Below, in pieces: positions 33,431 to 47,900 of a stretch of DNA of 64,000 nucleotides (positions within the stretch are counted from its first letter, which is position 1; each line of letters starts with the position of its first letter). The notes beneath the pieces were generated by a model. It was not told where the DNA came from. It did not search any database and was given only the letters and a program-made list of their open reading frames with translations. The translations under genes and the position numbers were made by a program. The stretch is from Euglena gracilis (lineage: Eukaryota), in contig CP154954.1 in the NCBI GenBank assembly GCA_039621445.1, positions 48,277,847-48,341,846 on the forward strand, given 5' to 3'.

Positions 33431-36109
33431 GGGGGGGGGGGGGGTAGGTAACACAGTGTGCAAACACGCTTGATGCACGCCCAAACATGCGCATGCACAC
33501 ACCGGTTTTCAAAAAAACTAGTGCACACCGACTGACACACTGACCCAAACACAGCGAAGAAGGAACCCCCGGGGTGGGGACTGGTGAAGCGACGACCGGG
33601 CGGTGGACGGCAGAGAGGACAGGGTCGGGGCTTCGGCTGCAGGGGAGGGGGAGGCCGGGGCGGGGGACGCGGGGGCCGAAATGTCGCGTTGGTGGGGATC
33701 CGCAGAAAGACCGGGGGAGGAATCTGCGTGCTTCAAGGCCAGTGGGACGGGAGAGTGGCCAAGCCCAAGCTATGCTGGGTGACTGGCTTTGGTGGTCGGT
33801 GCATTTGGCAAAAAAATAAATGGACCAAAACACATGCCGTTCATCCCCGGTTCGCTTGGAGCAGTGGACGGCAATGTTCTGCCAGAATGCCTGATGGAGG
33901 GCCACACCCTCAGTCAATCAAACATTTTCCTACTAAATGTGCCGCAGTCCACCTCTCTCCACAGAAACACTGATATTTTCAAAAAAAACGTAGGATAAGT
34001 GGTGGATGACTTTCTGCCAACCATTCCACCAGAAAATCTGAGCTCGGAGTCAGAAAAGAGCAACCAAAAATGAAGCGATGACAAACACTTTGGGGAAACA
34101 CTGCAAAAAAAAACCTTGAAATTCCAGGCCATTTTCCATTGAACAGAAAGAAAGGGTGGCAGAATGTTGCTGCCGTCTTCTTGAAACACCAACGCGGGCT
34201 GCGGATCCTCACCTGCAGTCCGTGCGAGGTATGCAAAGCGGCCTTGTGAGGCCATCCCGTAGCCCCGGCGTGCCATGTCATTCGCGATGGCCTGAGAGGA
34301 AATGGGCGGTAGGCCCTCCATCAAGATGATACTTGCAGGACGATATCTTGGCAAACAGGTAACACACGGTGGTACCCAAGGTGGCATTAACCCCCAAAGA
34401 AAGTCACCAGTATCTTATATTTTGGGTTTCAGCTTTAGACTCTCCTCCCAACTTGTTATGACATTTGTGTGACACATACTGTCCTGATAACTGTGGCCTC
34501 CCAAGAGACTCACCTCCTCTTTGGAGACCTGTTTGTGGTTGCAGAAAAACTGGTGGTCACTGGATAAAGAACACAGGAGGGCTGCCACAAGTTACTTGTT
34601 GATTTTGGTGGCAAATTGTCCACCTTACAAAAGGAACACGGGATACGCACACACACCACACACACAACACACACAACCCAGCCACCACGCACATGCTTGC
34701 GCAGCAGTGGTCACACACCTGGTCCAGCTCGTCCATCACCTGGCGGTGGAACGCGGACTCCGGGGGGTGTGGGGGCGTGTCGCTCCCGCTGGGGGAGAAG
34801 GGCGGCGGCGTGAGCGGCGACCACGCCCACATCCCCGGCCCGCCGCCGCAGGTCCGGCCGCTGCGTCCCGCAGACCCCGCCGGTGGGAGGAGGCCTGCGG
34901 GAGGGGGATGAAGGCCTTGCCCGACACCGATGGAGGTATGGCACTTTTCAGGCATTGAGGTGAGCATGTGGCCGTGTTGATACGGTACATTTCTGGTTGA
35001 GCTCGCCCCGGATAAATGGCTGAGTGGGGGTGTGCCCGGGACCAGTTGGTTAACGCCGGCACAGCTGCATGGCCACGAACATGCTGGTTTTTCAAAAGAA
35101 AAAACTCATAGCACCCAGACATAACAGTCCCGGACCACAACGCCAAAAACACGAGACGGAAATATGCCACACGCAAAGATGACTTGCGCTTTTTTTGGAC
35201 ATAAGGTGAACGGTGTACGACATATTTGGCAGCGAATGACGACGACGTGTCTGAGAATTACAGGGGTTCGTAGCTCGGGGAGAGGGAAAGTGCGATTGCA
35301 ACGACGGGCAGACACGGGGAAAGGTGATGATACAGGTGAAATGGATAAAAGCTGTGCTTCAAAGACCGTCAGAAGCCGCTTCAGGTCCCCGCCAAAACAA
35401 TCTGCCTTCCGCCTGCCCCATTCTTCGGAGGTGAGTTGCAAACTTGGGCCCGATGTTGCCATCAGTCTCCGGAATTTCAGGGTCACAAAATTTCCTGTGG
35501 AGAAAATAAAAACGCCCACAAAACTGGCTAATTCCCCTGCGCGTGGTGGACTTCAGATGTCACTGGGAAGAGGCCGCAATATATTATCATTTGTGTGGCG
35601 AAGATCTGTGCAACAACGGTGTCGGCCTCCTCGTAACTCGTCCTCCACCGGCTGGAGGAGTGGGCCGGCAGACTTGGACTTCATAGCAGCTGGGAGCAGG
35701 GAGCAAAGGCATTGGCAGCCGTTTTGAAAAGAAACTTTTTGTTTGGACGTGTGTGCGTATGAGTGTGAGAGCATCCCCCCCAGGAAATTGTCACCTGTCA
35801 GGTACTTAGATGCTTGATGACCTCACAGAGGTATGTGGCAGGCCCCTATAATGACAGTATCCCAGGGTCCAGGTCAGAGGGAAAAAGGTGGCACTTTCGA
35901 CCCCCCATTTACCAACAGTCCAGAAAAAAAACCGCTTTTCACATTTTGGTCTGGGCATAAAATCTAATCATTTTTCACCTTCGAAAAAAATCCATTTTCC
36001 GGGAGAAAACGTCAAATTTTCCATTTTCCTATGTGACAGCCTATGGAGTTCAGGTGCCAGTTTCCCAGGGGAGGGGGGCATCAGGCAAACCCCCATTTTC
36101 CTCCCGCCC

Positions 36110-39100
36110 CCACCCTGGCCAGCTGGTTGAAGAAGAACGCCGCCTGGTCGGACTCCCCGATCACAAACACCTCCGCCTTCACCTTGAACTGCTGGCCCGC
36201 AGGCCGCCGTCCGGCACGGCCGCCGACGCCCCGGGACACTCCCGGGGATTCCGGGCCGAGCCACACCACACAGCGCCGCGGGACGCCGGCCTGGCCCCAG
36301 CCATTCCTTCACGACACTCTCCTTGATCTGGCTCTGCAGCACCCGCTCCACCACGGCGCTGGTCCCGCCGGCAGGGCGGCCCCCGGCGACCCAGCCGAGC
36401 CCCGAGGACGCCAAATGAAAAAAAGAAGTGAATGAATTTATGTGTATGAATACGAATGATGAAAAATGAGCACAGGAGGGTTTTTTGGCCCTAAATAAAC
36501 ACTCTGCGGACTGGCCAAACCACAAGAAAATCGCCTTCTGACGGGGGGGGGGTAAAGAAAGGTGTGCCAAGCATTTTTTTGCAGAACCAAAAAGCTCAAT
36601 TGACACCTCGCCCAATACATCCCCCCCGAAAATTGCCAAACCCAGGTTGTGTTGGGTTTGAGCCTGATAAGGTGTCAGGATCCCCAGACTTTTTGAGCCT
36701 GTGGCCCTGGAAATTGTCGGCAGCCAACATTGGGAATCAGCCACAGGCAACCAGGAAGCACAACAAAGAAAAAAATATACTTTGATATAGGCGGTGGGTG
36801 GTGAAAAGGGTGGCCGGCAGGCAAAAAAAGGTCCGGCGACAGGGGTGGATCTCCCAGATTCACTTACTCTTGGTGAGCCCCCGGGGCTGGCACCTTTCCC
36901 CAGGTTTACCCGCCCATTTTGTTTGAGAACCCAGTCAAACACGAACCCCCTCCCCCGGGGGTCGACCAACACCAACACCAACCCATCAAAACCAACCCAA
37001 AATCAGCCCTGAATTTTCCCCTTGACTCACAGGTGGGGGGGGGGGTCCAGCGGCTGAACCTACCCACCAGTCTCAAAAATCACCGGGGGGGGGGGGGAGG
37101 GGTTGAACTGGTGTTAAACGGTTCGACCCCTCTGAGTTAAATGAATCTCTAATCGAGGACCCCGCAGCGTTGTGGCAGACAGTGAGGGGCATCGCCCTGG
37201 GCGCCGTTGTCACAGCCGTCGCAGCCGCACAGCCGGCCCGCCCGCGCCACGCAGTCCAGGCAGCCCGCCGCCGCGTACCCCCGGGCCTCGGCGTAGGCCG
37301 CCATCGCGTCCATGTCGACGCGGTCGATGATGGCCAGCATCGCCGCCCCAGCCCGGCCCAGGGCCCAACGCCAACGCCCCATCGGCGGTTGCTGTCCACC
37401 GGTGCGCCACCCGGCAGCTCAATGCGGTGGCAAAATGATTCGCCCGGCAGTGTACGCAGCAAGCAACCAAGGCTGCCATGACCAGGGAATTTCTTAAGGA
37501 CCCCCCGGGGGGGGGGGGTCCAGCCTCCGGCTGGCAAGAAGGCTGCTGGCTGGAAACGAGCTGCTGGCTGGACCTCCCCCCCCAGGGGATGGGGGGGGGG
37601 GGGAGGGTCCGGGGCTGGAGGGGGCTGGGCTGGACTGGGTCGATGAAAAACAAAATTTTCTAAAACATTTTTGCCTTCTCGACATTTTGATGGATGGAGA
37701 TAGATCAAGGCTGGGGGGCTGTGATGGAGGAAGCTATGATGAGAAAAAAAATGGAGGGACAGCTGGTGAGCTGGGCAGCCCAGTTGGCTGGCCAGCCTGC
37801 AGCCGGCTGGCCCGGCCTCTGGCCGGGCTGGACCCAACTTTATTTCACTCGATCCCCCCCGGGGGGGGGGGCTCTCAGCCCAGACTTGGGCTGCTGGCCG
37901 GATTTGAGCTGCTGGCTGGCTGGACGCCCCCCCCCGCCACGGGGGATAGGGTACCCTCCGGCTTAAGAAATACCCTGGCTATGACTGCTGCTGCACATAC
38001 AGCGCCAGGCTGCTGCGGCACACGAACAGCAACTCACTGCGGCGGTGTACAGAAGACTCTTTTCTGCGGCATCCTGACTGAAGTGTGCTACCAACTACCA
38101 ACTGGGAGGCGAGGAAGGCCAGATACTGGCACTAGGCCAGGCGGGGGGCACCAGCAGCCGGTCCATCTGGCAGCAGCACCATGGTCCCCTGGATTGACTT
38201 GTGGAGACACTCTGTTCCCGCAACCTCTTTACGTGTCTACTGCGTTCTAATCCCGGTTTTCAGAAACTTCAGTCAAAACCTCCATTGTCTGATGTGGAGT
38301 GCAGGCTACCTTTTGAGACCCCGGGTGCGGCCACCCACCCAGGGTGGTGTGGGACCCCGGGAGCACGATGCAGCACGGGATCAGCGGGGACAACGGCCAC
38401 CGACACCCGATCACCGCCCCCCCCTCCGAGTGGGAAAGCCCTGAGGGGTCCTGCCTTCCCACTGCTGCCAGCAGAAAAAGAAGCCTGATGGGGGACAGGA
38501 GGAGAAGGTGCCGGTTTCGATGCATGAGACATCCAGCCGCAGCGTATCTCACCTCGAAACCGGCACCTTCTCGGACCACTTGTAACCCTCGCTGCCTGAG
38601 AGGAGTCCCCCCTGCGACCTGGGGATGATGGGCGATGCGTCACCCATCATCGTATCAGTGTATCTCTTAATTCCCGCCTTCCCCACACGCAGGAACCAGT
38701 CAGCGGTCAACCATGCACCGGGGAAACCCGTGCAAGGCGATTCAAGAACCTTCGAATAAACTTCACCTATGTTGAACCCATGGATGCACCCATGATGCAC
38801 CTGTAGACGGCATGCACAACAACTCATTCCCACAATCAAATAAAAGAAGTTTTACAACAACGGAAAAGCCATCACAAGACAACGAAAAAAAATCACCCTG
38901 GGGGAGCCCCGGGGGGTGACCTGAGGGGGGTGGGTGAATGATCCGGGAGAGGGCCAGGGAGGCCATGGCCGGCGCACCAGCCGCAGCTGGATCCCGGCCT
39001 CCTTCGCCCGCAGGGGCACTGCCCGCTCCAGCGTCTTCAGCAGGTAGTCCGCCCCCAGGGAGCTGGGAGCCGGCCCCCTGGCAGAGGATCCCCATCGGAA

Positions 39101-40925
39101 AGCCCCCCCGCCCCCCGGCATGCCGGCCGTGCTCCGACGAAGAACACGAAACCACGAGGTGGGTGGGGTGAGAATGGGGGCCACAAAAGATGCATCAAAG
39201 GTCTTAGGCGGAAGTTGCCTGATGAAATTTATGCCAGACACCTCGGAAAAAAAAATACCAGATTGACCACCCACTCAGACTTGAATTGTTTTCAAATTTG
39301 GATTGCAGCTGAAAAAATATCTCATTTCAAACAACGACAATACCGAAAAAGCAAAATCCCACTTCATGACAATATAAACAGGGGAGGAGGGAATGCAACA
39401 CGGACCCTCAAAAAACGTGACGCAGAAAAACACAAATAAAAAGCAAATAAAAAGCAAATAAACGCAAAGAAAAACGCAAATTGCATGTAAAACTCCTTTA
39501 GGAGCTCCCCCAGGATGTATAATTTTCCACTGGAGAAATCTAAGAATTCGGCTCCACCAGGGGAAACTTTCCATTTTGCATCGTGTTTTGTTGTCCAAAA
39601 AAAAATGCAAAGATGACAGAAAATTGACAAAAATTTTGGTCTCGGGGGAAAATCAGGGTCAAACAAAAAATGTTTCATGTTCAAACTAATTTCGCCGGGA
39701 AAAATAATTGCAAAAAAATTGCAATAATTGCAAAAAAAATTTGCAAAAAAAGCAAAAAAAAACCCTCAAATTTTGCTAAAATCGAAAAAGGCAAAAAAAC
39801 ACACAAAAAATGGATTTGCGTTTTTCCCCCTGATGAAATTAAATAATTCTTCACTCACAACACCCCCCCCCCCCAAAATGGGTGTAAATTCTTGACTGCG
39901 ACATATGTTGTAAATCTGCTGCATCATCAAAATCCATGGTAGGTGCAATTTTTGCCTATTTTATTTATTTATTTATTTTTTCCTTTCCATTTCAATCCGA
40001 ACATGGCAGAAACCATGGGAAAATTTCACAAAATATGTTCCAACACAATTTTTTCCTGTAGAGGTTAATAAAGATGTGGGTGAATATTAAATGGGCAGCC
40101 GAGATCGAGTCCAAATGAGGTTATTACTTAGGATATGCTATTTGGGGTTAAATGCAAAAAATAAATGTGAGACTGATGTGTCCTGTTGCATTGTCCTTGC
40201 ACTTGGGTCCACAGGAAACCACAAAAAAAATCAGTTTAAGCCTGTGCAATGAGGGGCCACTGGCTTAAACAAGATGTAAGCGAGCACATAATTAGGAGAC
40301 AGTGGGTTCACAGGGTTGAAAACAGTTTCCTGAGTGCCACAGTTTCCCGGGGAGGACATTGATCTGGGGGGGGGGGGTAGGTAGGCAGGTTTCCCTCAGC
40401 ACGGCGGGCTCACACTGGCCACCCAGTGCCTTGAGGGGGCCGGAGGGGTCTGGAGGAGGAGGTTCACGTTCTTTGCCGCTGCCGCCGCCGCACGGCTGAC
40501 GTCCACCATGGATGGTGGCAGGCCAACCCCCACTGGGACCTGTCCGGGGGTTATCCTTTGGGCCACTGATGAACGCAAATGGGCGGGACGGGCGGCACAT
40601 GGAAGCCCACAAACAAACCTCCCAACCCACTGGCAAACAACACATGCTGATCGAGGCAGACCAATAATCAGAAGACCAATAATCAGAATGAAAATTGGAA
40701 GCCTTCCATGTGAAAAATATCGGAATCCTCTCCTCAAAATTCAAAACAGTGGCGGGTGTGGTGAATTGGTTAACTGGGCTTGGAGGACAAAGACTAGTTA
40801 TTTCGCAGAGGCGCTTTCCCCCAGAACAGAATCCGACCCCCCTTCACCCGTGGGGGCGTCCTGGCCCGAATCTTGCCCAGGTCCTCCAGGGTGCGATCCA
40901 GCAGAATGTTGATGTAGAACGGCAT
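36110..40925 (-). CDS. Uncharacterised multi-exon protein, or N-terminal part of the metacaspase gene, starting MPFYINILLDRTLEDLGKI
   Basis: GC3-rich exons ~40868-40925, 40455-40510, 38980-39070, 37260-37345, 36298-36360 and 36115-36195, several bounded by N3-CAG / CTG-N5 intron ends; no family recognised. Confidence 0.6.
37483..37977. mobile_element. MITE (GGCTGG-rich family; relatives near 14364, 23734, 51720)
   Basis: TIR CAGGGAATTTCTTAAG / CTTAAGAAATACCCTG; TSD GCCATGAC/GCTATGAC (7 of 8). Confidence 0.88.
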
Positions 40926-42184
40926 TTCACGTCATGCAACCCCGCAGGCGGCCGGGGCGATGGCTGGGCAGGGGGGCAGGGGCAGGGTCTGCACAAGGAG
41001 GGTGTAGGCCGGGGGGGTGCCCCCCACCGCTTTTAATTCAGCGTGGCTATGACGCAGATGCCGAACATAACTACTTGAAACACATTTCGCGATGCAGTGA
41101 GAGAACGGCCCTTTGAGTGCCTTTCAGCGTGCCCTTCGACCGTGCCCTGTGTGTGAGACCTTTGAGCGTGCCCATTGTGAAGTTGCGCAAGTTTTACCGG
41201 GGAGGGGGGAGAAGTGGTTGACTGGTTACTTCTGAGTGACTGCCTGGTTTTAAGTCTGTTGCTGAGGCTGTACAGGAAGGCCTGGTGGGGGGTGGATTGA
41301 TCCCCCCACCCATCGCAGCATCGCGAGGAAAAAATCCTTCGGCACCGAAGGCACCAAAAGAAAAGTTCGACCTAAGAATCGGTGCCCTTTCCCAAACATG
41401 ACCTTTGGATTGGATAAAATCCTTCCCAAAAATGATCCTTACCCATCCCCTGGAGGTGATTGATTTCTCAAGTAAATGATATTAATTATGCTTTTAAACT
41501 CCAAAAAAGGCGCCAAATTTTCATGAAGGCTAAGCTTACGCATGTTATACTTGCAAATGGAATATCGGTGTGAAAAACAGCCAAGGAAACCCCAGCGGCC
41601 ACTGATTCAGTCAGATGGCAAAGAAACCCACCCAGTCAATGGTGTGAAAAAAAAAGGTCCAACAATGTTCACAGCAAATCCATTTTTGATCCGAACAAAA
41701 TGCATCACCCATCAGTGAGATATGTTTTGTTAAAAATAAAAACTGCTAAGACAAAGAAATGCACAAAACAACGACAGGATCATACAAAAAAGCCAAAGCT
41801 CTGGGAGGAACTATCTCTGGTCTATGTTACAAGGGTCAAAAGGGTCAAGACGGTTCGCTACGGTGAGTGAGTCATGGTTTGAAGCAGGCTCTTCTGTACG
41901 CATAGGTTCGGAAAATAACATGCCACTGAGTTTATTTCAAAGAACATGTTGCACCTCAAGGGTCGCTGCAAAGGCAACATGCCTCCCCCCTTGTCTAAGA
42001 ACTAAAAAAAGATGGGGAAGAACTGGGGTGGTGGTGCTGAATTTGTCAAAATAGGGGGTGCTGAGACAAACCGACAAGGGGGCCGTTGAAAAGGACAAAT
42101 TTCCCATTTGGGGGGGTCCACTGCTAAACTTACAGACATGTTGGCGCAAAAATCAACAAAATCTCACCAAATCAGGATTCAGAG

Positions 42185-42512
42185 ATACATACATACATAC
42201 AGACAGACAGACATACATACATACATACATACATACATACATACATACATACATACATACATACATACATACATACATACATACATACATGCATGCATGC
42301 ATACATACACACACATACATACATACATACATACATACATACATACATACATACATACATACATACATACATACATACATACATACATACATACATACAT
42401 ACATACATACATACATACATACATACATACATACATACATACATACATACATACATACATACATACATACATACATACATACATACATACATACATACAT
42501 ACACACACACAT

Positions 42513-42555
<43 letters not shown>

Positions 42556-42622
42556 TACATACATACATACATACATATGTATATAGGTGTATGTATGTAT
42601 GTATATATATATATATATATAT
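42185..42622. repeat. Compound (TACA)n/(GACA)n/(TA)n microsatellite
   Basis: Direct inspection. Confidence 0.98.
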
Positions 42623-44929
42623 TATAAACATAGAAATTTCCTGATATATTCCTTAAAAAAGACACAAAAAAAACCTTATAAAAGATGGGGCTCAACTGGG
42701 GGCTTAGATAAAGGTGGTGCTAGAAAAGAGGGGGCTTGCACGAACTCCGGGACCATTCTCCCAGTCATAACCATCCTCTAAACCCGCACCGCCCTTACCC
42801 AGGTTTGTGCTGTATGTGCTACAAAGTGCATTGATGACCTACACCAAATATACAAATGAACAAATCAGATTGAGTTCTGTAGAAACAATCTTTGATAGAT
42901 GGGATGTCCGAGTTTGGGTCAGAGTGCTTGTTGACAGAGTGCTTGTTGGTCTGCCCCTTTCAGAAAAGCCTTGGCTGGAGTTGGAGAAGGTTCACAGAGA
43001 TTGATGCATTTCGCAGTGGACATGGAATGGGGTGCAGAGTGAGTATCGCGTGCCATGCAAACAACACACCACATGTATGGAGGGCAGAGGGGGCCGGTGG
43101 GGAAAGACGCGGATGCATACCCAAGACGGCACTCAGAACCTCAAATCAACACTGGAGGGGGAGGGACACTCTCTGGAATTATCACACCAAGCATTGGGAA
43201 AATGCCAACAAAAAAAAACGTTCCCTAAACTGGGCTGGTTCGACACAAAGCCAGGGGGAGACGTCCCGACCCACCAACCGGGTCTCACAGTTGACGCCTC
43301 CGGCCAACATAAACGCCGGCGGGGCCAAGCAAAGGGAGCTTTGCTTTGTTTTTTCCCGCTGTGCATCGCCCAGGCGGAAATGGCCCTCCTGTCAAGGTGA
43401 CGTGGCGTGGCGGCGGAATGGTGGGGACCCCTCCAGGCCAAAGGTGAACTCACCCACCCCCAAACCCCAGGCCCTCAGGGGAAAAGGCCATTTCACTGAC
43501 TGCAACCCTGTTGTTTCTGGTTGGCGGAATTTGTCTTTTTGATGACATAACATTTTATGTTGCACCTGTTGTAGCACTTGTAAATCCGTCATACCCGAAT
43601 TCGACGACATGGATAGTTGGTTGAAGAAGAGCAACAATTAACACTTCTGTACGGCACCTGTTGTGATGGAAGATCATTGGTCCCATGCCAGTCCTTCCCC
43701 ATGCATCATCCAATTATGTGACAAGAAGCTGACCAGGTCACTTGGTAAGTAGAGGGAGTAGTGCAAAATAAGATAGGGCCAAAAAAAACCCGATGGAAAG
43801 GTTGAGCAGGTGCATAATGAGCTTCCTCCTCCCTGCGGAGCGGGAGATCCAGCATTGGTTGATCGGTCACGTCCACTGCCATTCAACAGGCGTCCAGGAA
43901 GGAAAGCCCCCCCAAAACAACAAACAAACAAAAACAACAAAACAATTTTTCCAGTTCACTTTTGGGGAATTTGAAGCAGAAGTTTCTCAGGGCTCCGGGG
44001 GAGGTATCCCGTACCTTCCTTGCTTACCCTCCTCCCCCCTCGGTCGAACGACAGGCAACATCTGTTCTGGACATAGGGTTGTGTTACCAAAAAAAAAGTC
44101 CTCTAGCCAGGGGGGGGGGGTGCATGCCGCCCCGGGAAACTGTCTCAAGCCAAGTTGGCTAATGCAGAGGTATTCAACAAGTTTCAATGAGGACAGGCCG
44201 CGAGTGCAGGACTAGAGGATATTCCCCACCAACTAAAAAAATCAGAAAATTTTGATTTATTTGCGTGTTTGTGGCTGGGGAAAAAAGCACCTTCAATTTT
44301 TTTTGACTTGGGAAAGAGGGTTTGGATTCCTTTCAATAAAATAATGCAGAAATTCTCAAAAAAAAGCCAGGAGACAGGGGAAGGAGACAGGTCCCCACGA
44401 GGACAGGATAGCTGGCACTGGCTGGAAAATTTGGGCTGGCTGGAAAAAGGCTGTTGGCTGACCCCCCCCCCCCCTGGAATGGAACTAGCCCGATTAATCA
44501 AAAGTCGACACTGCAAAAAACCCAAAACTGGTTATGGGGGGAAAACGTTTTACCTTTTTGACCAAAAATTTGTGCCCACAGCCAACCTTTGCACCCCTGC
44601 AAAAAGGCAGGATCCACTATCGACCAGCCGCCCTTCCAACGGCTGCAAAACTCGTCGATGGGAGAGGGGTCCGAAGCCGGAAAACGGCTGCTGGCTGGCG
44701 GGCTGACCGACGGATTTTTTTTTGGACTGACTGACTCGTTTTTTTTTGCTCCAGACCCCCCCCCCCGGTCGGCTAACAATGCCCAAAAGTGGCCACCTGG
44801 TGTCGAAGGAAGGCACCGGAAAGGAGGTGGGCTGCTCCCCAATTACGTTTGCCGGCCATCTGCCCAGTCTGCTCAACGGGAGGTGGACGGTCTCCCCACT
44901 GCTGCGGGTCAGCAGCAGAGCCGGCAGCC

Positions 44930-47900
44930 CTTGTGCTCGTGGACGACGGAGGCTGGCATGTGGCGCAGCACCGGCAGCATGATGCCCAGGCCGTGGAGGA
45001 ACAGCACCGCCGGGCCGGCGCGGCGCCTCCCGAACCATTGGTCCCCCCCCCCCGGCGGATGTGGGGTCCCGGAACCGGACCACCCTGGCGGCGAAACTGG
45101 GCACGGTGGCCGATGGCGTCCGTTTTGAGTTTCCAGAAACTTGCATTCGACATCAGAAGCTCAGGATCGAAAGGGCAGAAAAAATACAAAAACAATTGGC
45201 ATTGCAGAAAGAAATTACCTAAGTTGCCTTCGGCAGCCATTTCAACTCGCTTGGGGGTGGGGAAGAGGTATGGGGTTACAAAGACACCATGGAAGGAATT
45301 CGTGGATTTCTGGTGCTATTGGCGTAAACCAAATGGCCCCGGGCCAAAGCCCCTGGCTGGACGACAACCAAACCCACACATATACGTGTGTAGGTTTGCT
45401 CTCACTGAAATTGCACAACACAGCCTGAAGTGGGATGTGAGAGGCCGCTGGTGTCCCCTTTCCGGCTCCAGATGGAGCGGCCTCCCAAGGCAGAGGCGCT
45501 GCCCCGCGTAGCACCGCGACGAGGGTGGCCCAGGCGGAGGCCGTCACCCCCGGCAGCAGGAACGCCGTGATGACAAACGGTGGCCAAGGCCCTTGGTCCT
45601 CGGGTCCGTCGACCAAGTGGTGTGGCGTGCTGGTGCGGTGTTAGGGATGGGCTGCTGGAGGACCGGGTGGGTTGCTGGTGACTGGAACTGGACGCGGCCC
45701 AGATGCCCCCCCGGGGCGATTTTTAAACCCCCGGGGGGTCCATCTCAGTGGCTTGAAAATTTGGGCTGGCTGGAAAAAGGCTCCTGGCTGCCCCCCCCCC
45801 CCCCAGGGCCCAGGGGTCGATCTGGGTGCCGAAAAATCGAAAGCGCAAAAATGTCCAGAAAATTGCCCAAAGGGCGGGAGACGGGGGTCCGGGGCTGGGA
45901 AAAAAACTGCTGGTTGGCTGGACCCCCCGGCCCGGGGGGGGGGGGTCAAATTTTCTTCAGCTACGCTCTGCCATAGGTTGCTATCGGTTTTCCCACCTCT
46001 CAGAACCGGCGGACAGAAAGCGGCGCCAAACGCCTCAGAGCAGAAGGGTGGGCAGACACGAGTAGAACACGACGAAGTCCAGGATGAAGTGCAGCTTCCG
46101 CTTCGTCTCCCGCGAGGCGATGATGCCCAGCAGAAGCAGCAGCGACTGCAGGGGGCGCCACTCGGGTTGAGGGAAGGAGGGGAGGGGCGGGATGAGGTCG
46201 CTGCAGGCTGCACAGCTGCAGTTTTCAAAAATGCGCAAATCGGCGAAAAAAGCTTAAATGCTTAGGAATTGCTTAGATGCGCAGCCTAAATGGGATGGAG
46301 GTCGGTACAGGCTGCATGGCGCCTCCAGGAGAGTGCCTCCTCAGCCCTAACCACCCCTGAGGAGGGAGGGGTCACCAATAGCCCCACTCCGGGGTCCAAA
46401 CTTTGACGCGAGCTGTCGGAACAAAGATTGGGTGCATATCCATCCTGCGGCCCGGCCTGGCCATGCTGAGGGTCCACAACGTGATGAACAGCACGGACAG
46501 GAGGAGGGGGAAGAGCAGGACGAAGAGCGCGTACGCCAGCACGGTCAGCACCAGCACGCGGCGCATGCGGTTGGCGGGCACGAGGGCCGCCAGCCGGAGG
46601 TGGGCCTCCTGGGAGCGGAGGAAGTCTGGCGGCAGCCCTCGTCCTCTGCACCCCCGCCCCTCCGGTCTCCACGACAAATGCAAACCATATGGGGGGATTG
46701 TTGGGGTTCCTAAACTGTAAAAAAAACAACCTTCGGCGCTAAATATTTTGATCCAAAAACACAGCCAGGCTGCCCAACTTAACACCTGTTTCGGCCTGTT
46801 TTCAGCCATTTTTGCCTCATTCAAAACTGAAAAATCTGCTGCAAGAGAGGGCAGTTGGACAGAAATTAAAACTCCTTGATGAGGGGGGGGGGGTACAGGG
46901 CTGGAAAAATTCTTCTGGCTGGCTGGCAGGATTCCCCCGGGGTTCCTACCAGCTTCAGCCTTTTGAGAGGGAATCTTGGTGTACGAAAGAACCCCGCGCC
47001 AAGTTCATAAGGGTCTCAGGAATCCCCCCCAATCCGTGTGGCTGGACAAAGGGCTGGGCACCATGTACTCGTTGACCTCCTCCACAAACGTGACCACCAG
47101 GGCGTTGGAAATGGTGGACAGCGTGTCCGGGGACGACCCGATTAGCACATACGACAGCCAGAACACTCCCGGCCAGGGGGGCGGGGGCGTTGGCCACGGC
47201 GCCAAAGAAGGGTGGGGTCCCCTGCCGCATGGCCGGGCCAAGAGCTACCCCCCACGCGTTCGCCCCGCCCGCAAAGCGGCATTTTCCGGGAAGGTCGGAG
47301 ACTCCCCCCCCCCCTGGTCCTAGGCCCATGGCATACTGGAACGCGGCCAGGGACGTGGTGATGAGCAGGGGCGAGGCCGCGACGAACCGCGCCCGCCACC
47401 CCTTCTCCTCCGTCCGCCCCGGCGCCAGCCGAGGCCGCAGGTTGGGGGGGAGAGGGTTTGGCCCCAGCACACAGTCCGGCGCAATGCAGGGCCGGGGCTG
47501 CGCACACCGCAGGCCAGCAGGACGTCCACGACGCGGAACAGGATGGAGGCGTGGGCAATGTCCCCCGTGAGCAGCCGCAGGAACACCACGAGGAGCACCA
47601 CCACCCTCCGGCCGGGCAGGGCCAGGGGAGGGAGCCTGGTTGCTGGGGACGATGACGTCAGGAGTTCGAAAAGCGTCGGTGGCGACCAGGACCTTTTCAC
47701 ATCAAACAGATTTGCTTACAGGACCGACCTGCCTGGAATACAAGCAGAAAATGGACGGGGGAATCAGAGTTTTTTTGCTGGCTGAACCTGACCAACCCGG
47801 GGGGGGGGCTCGGAGTGCCCTGGAGTGCCTGGGCAGGCAGGCAGGCATAACCCCCCCCGGGGGGGGGGGGCCGGTGCCTGCCTGGTTGTGGGCCAAAACG

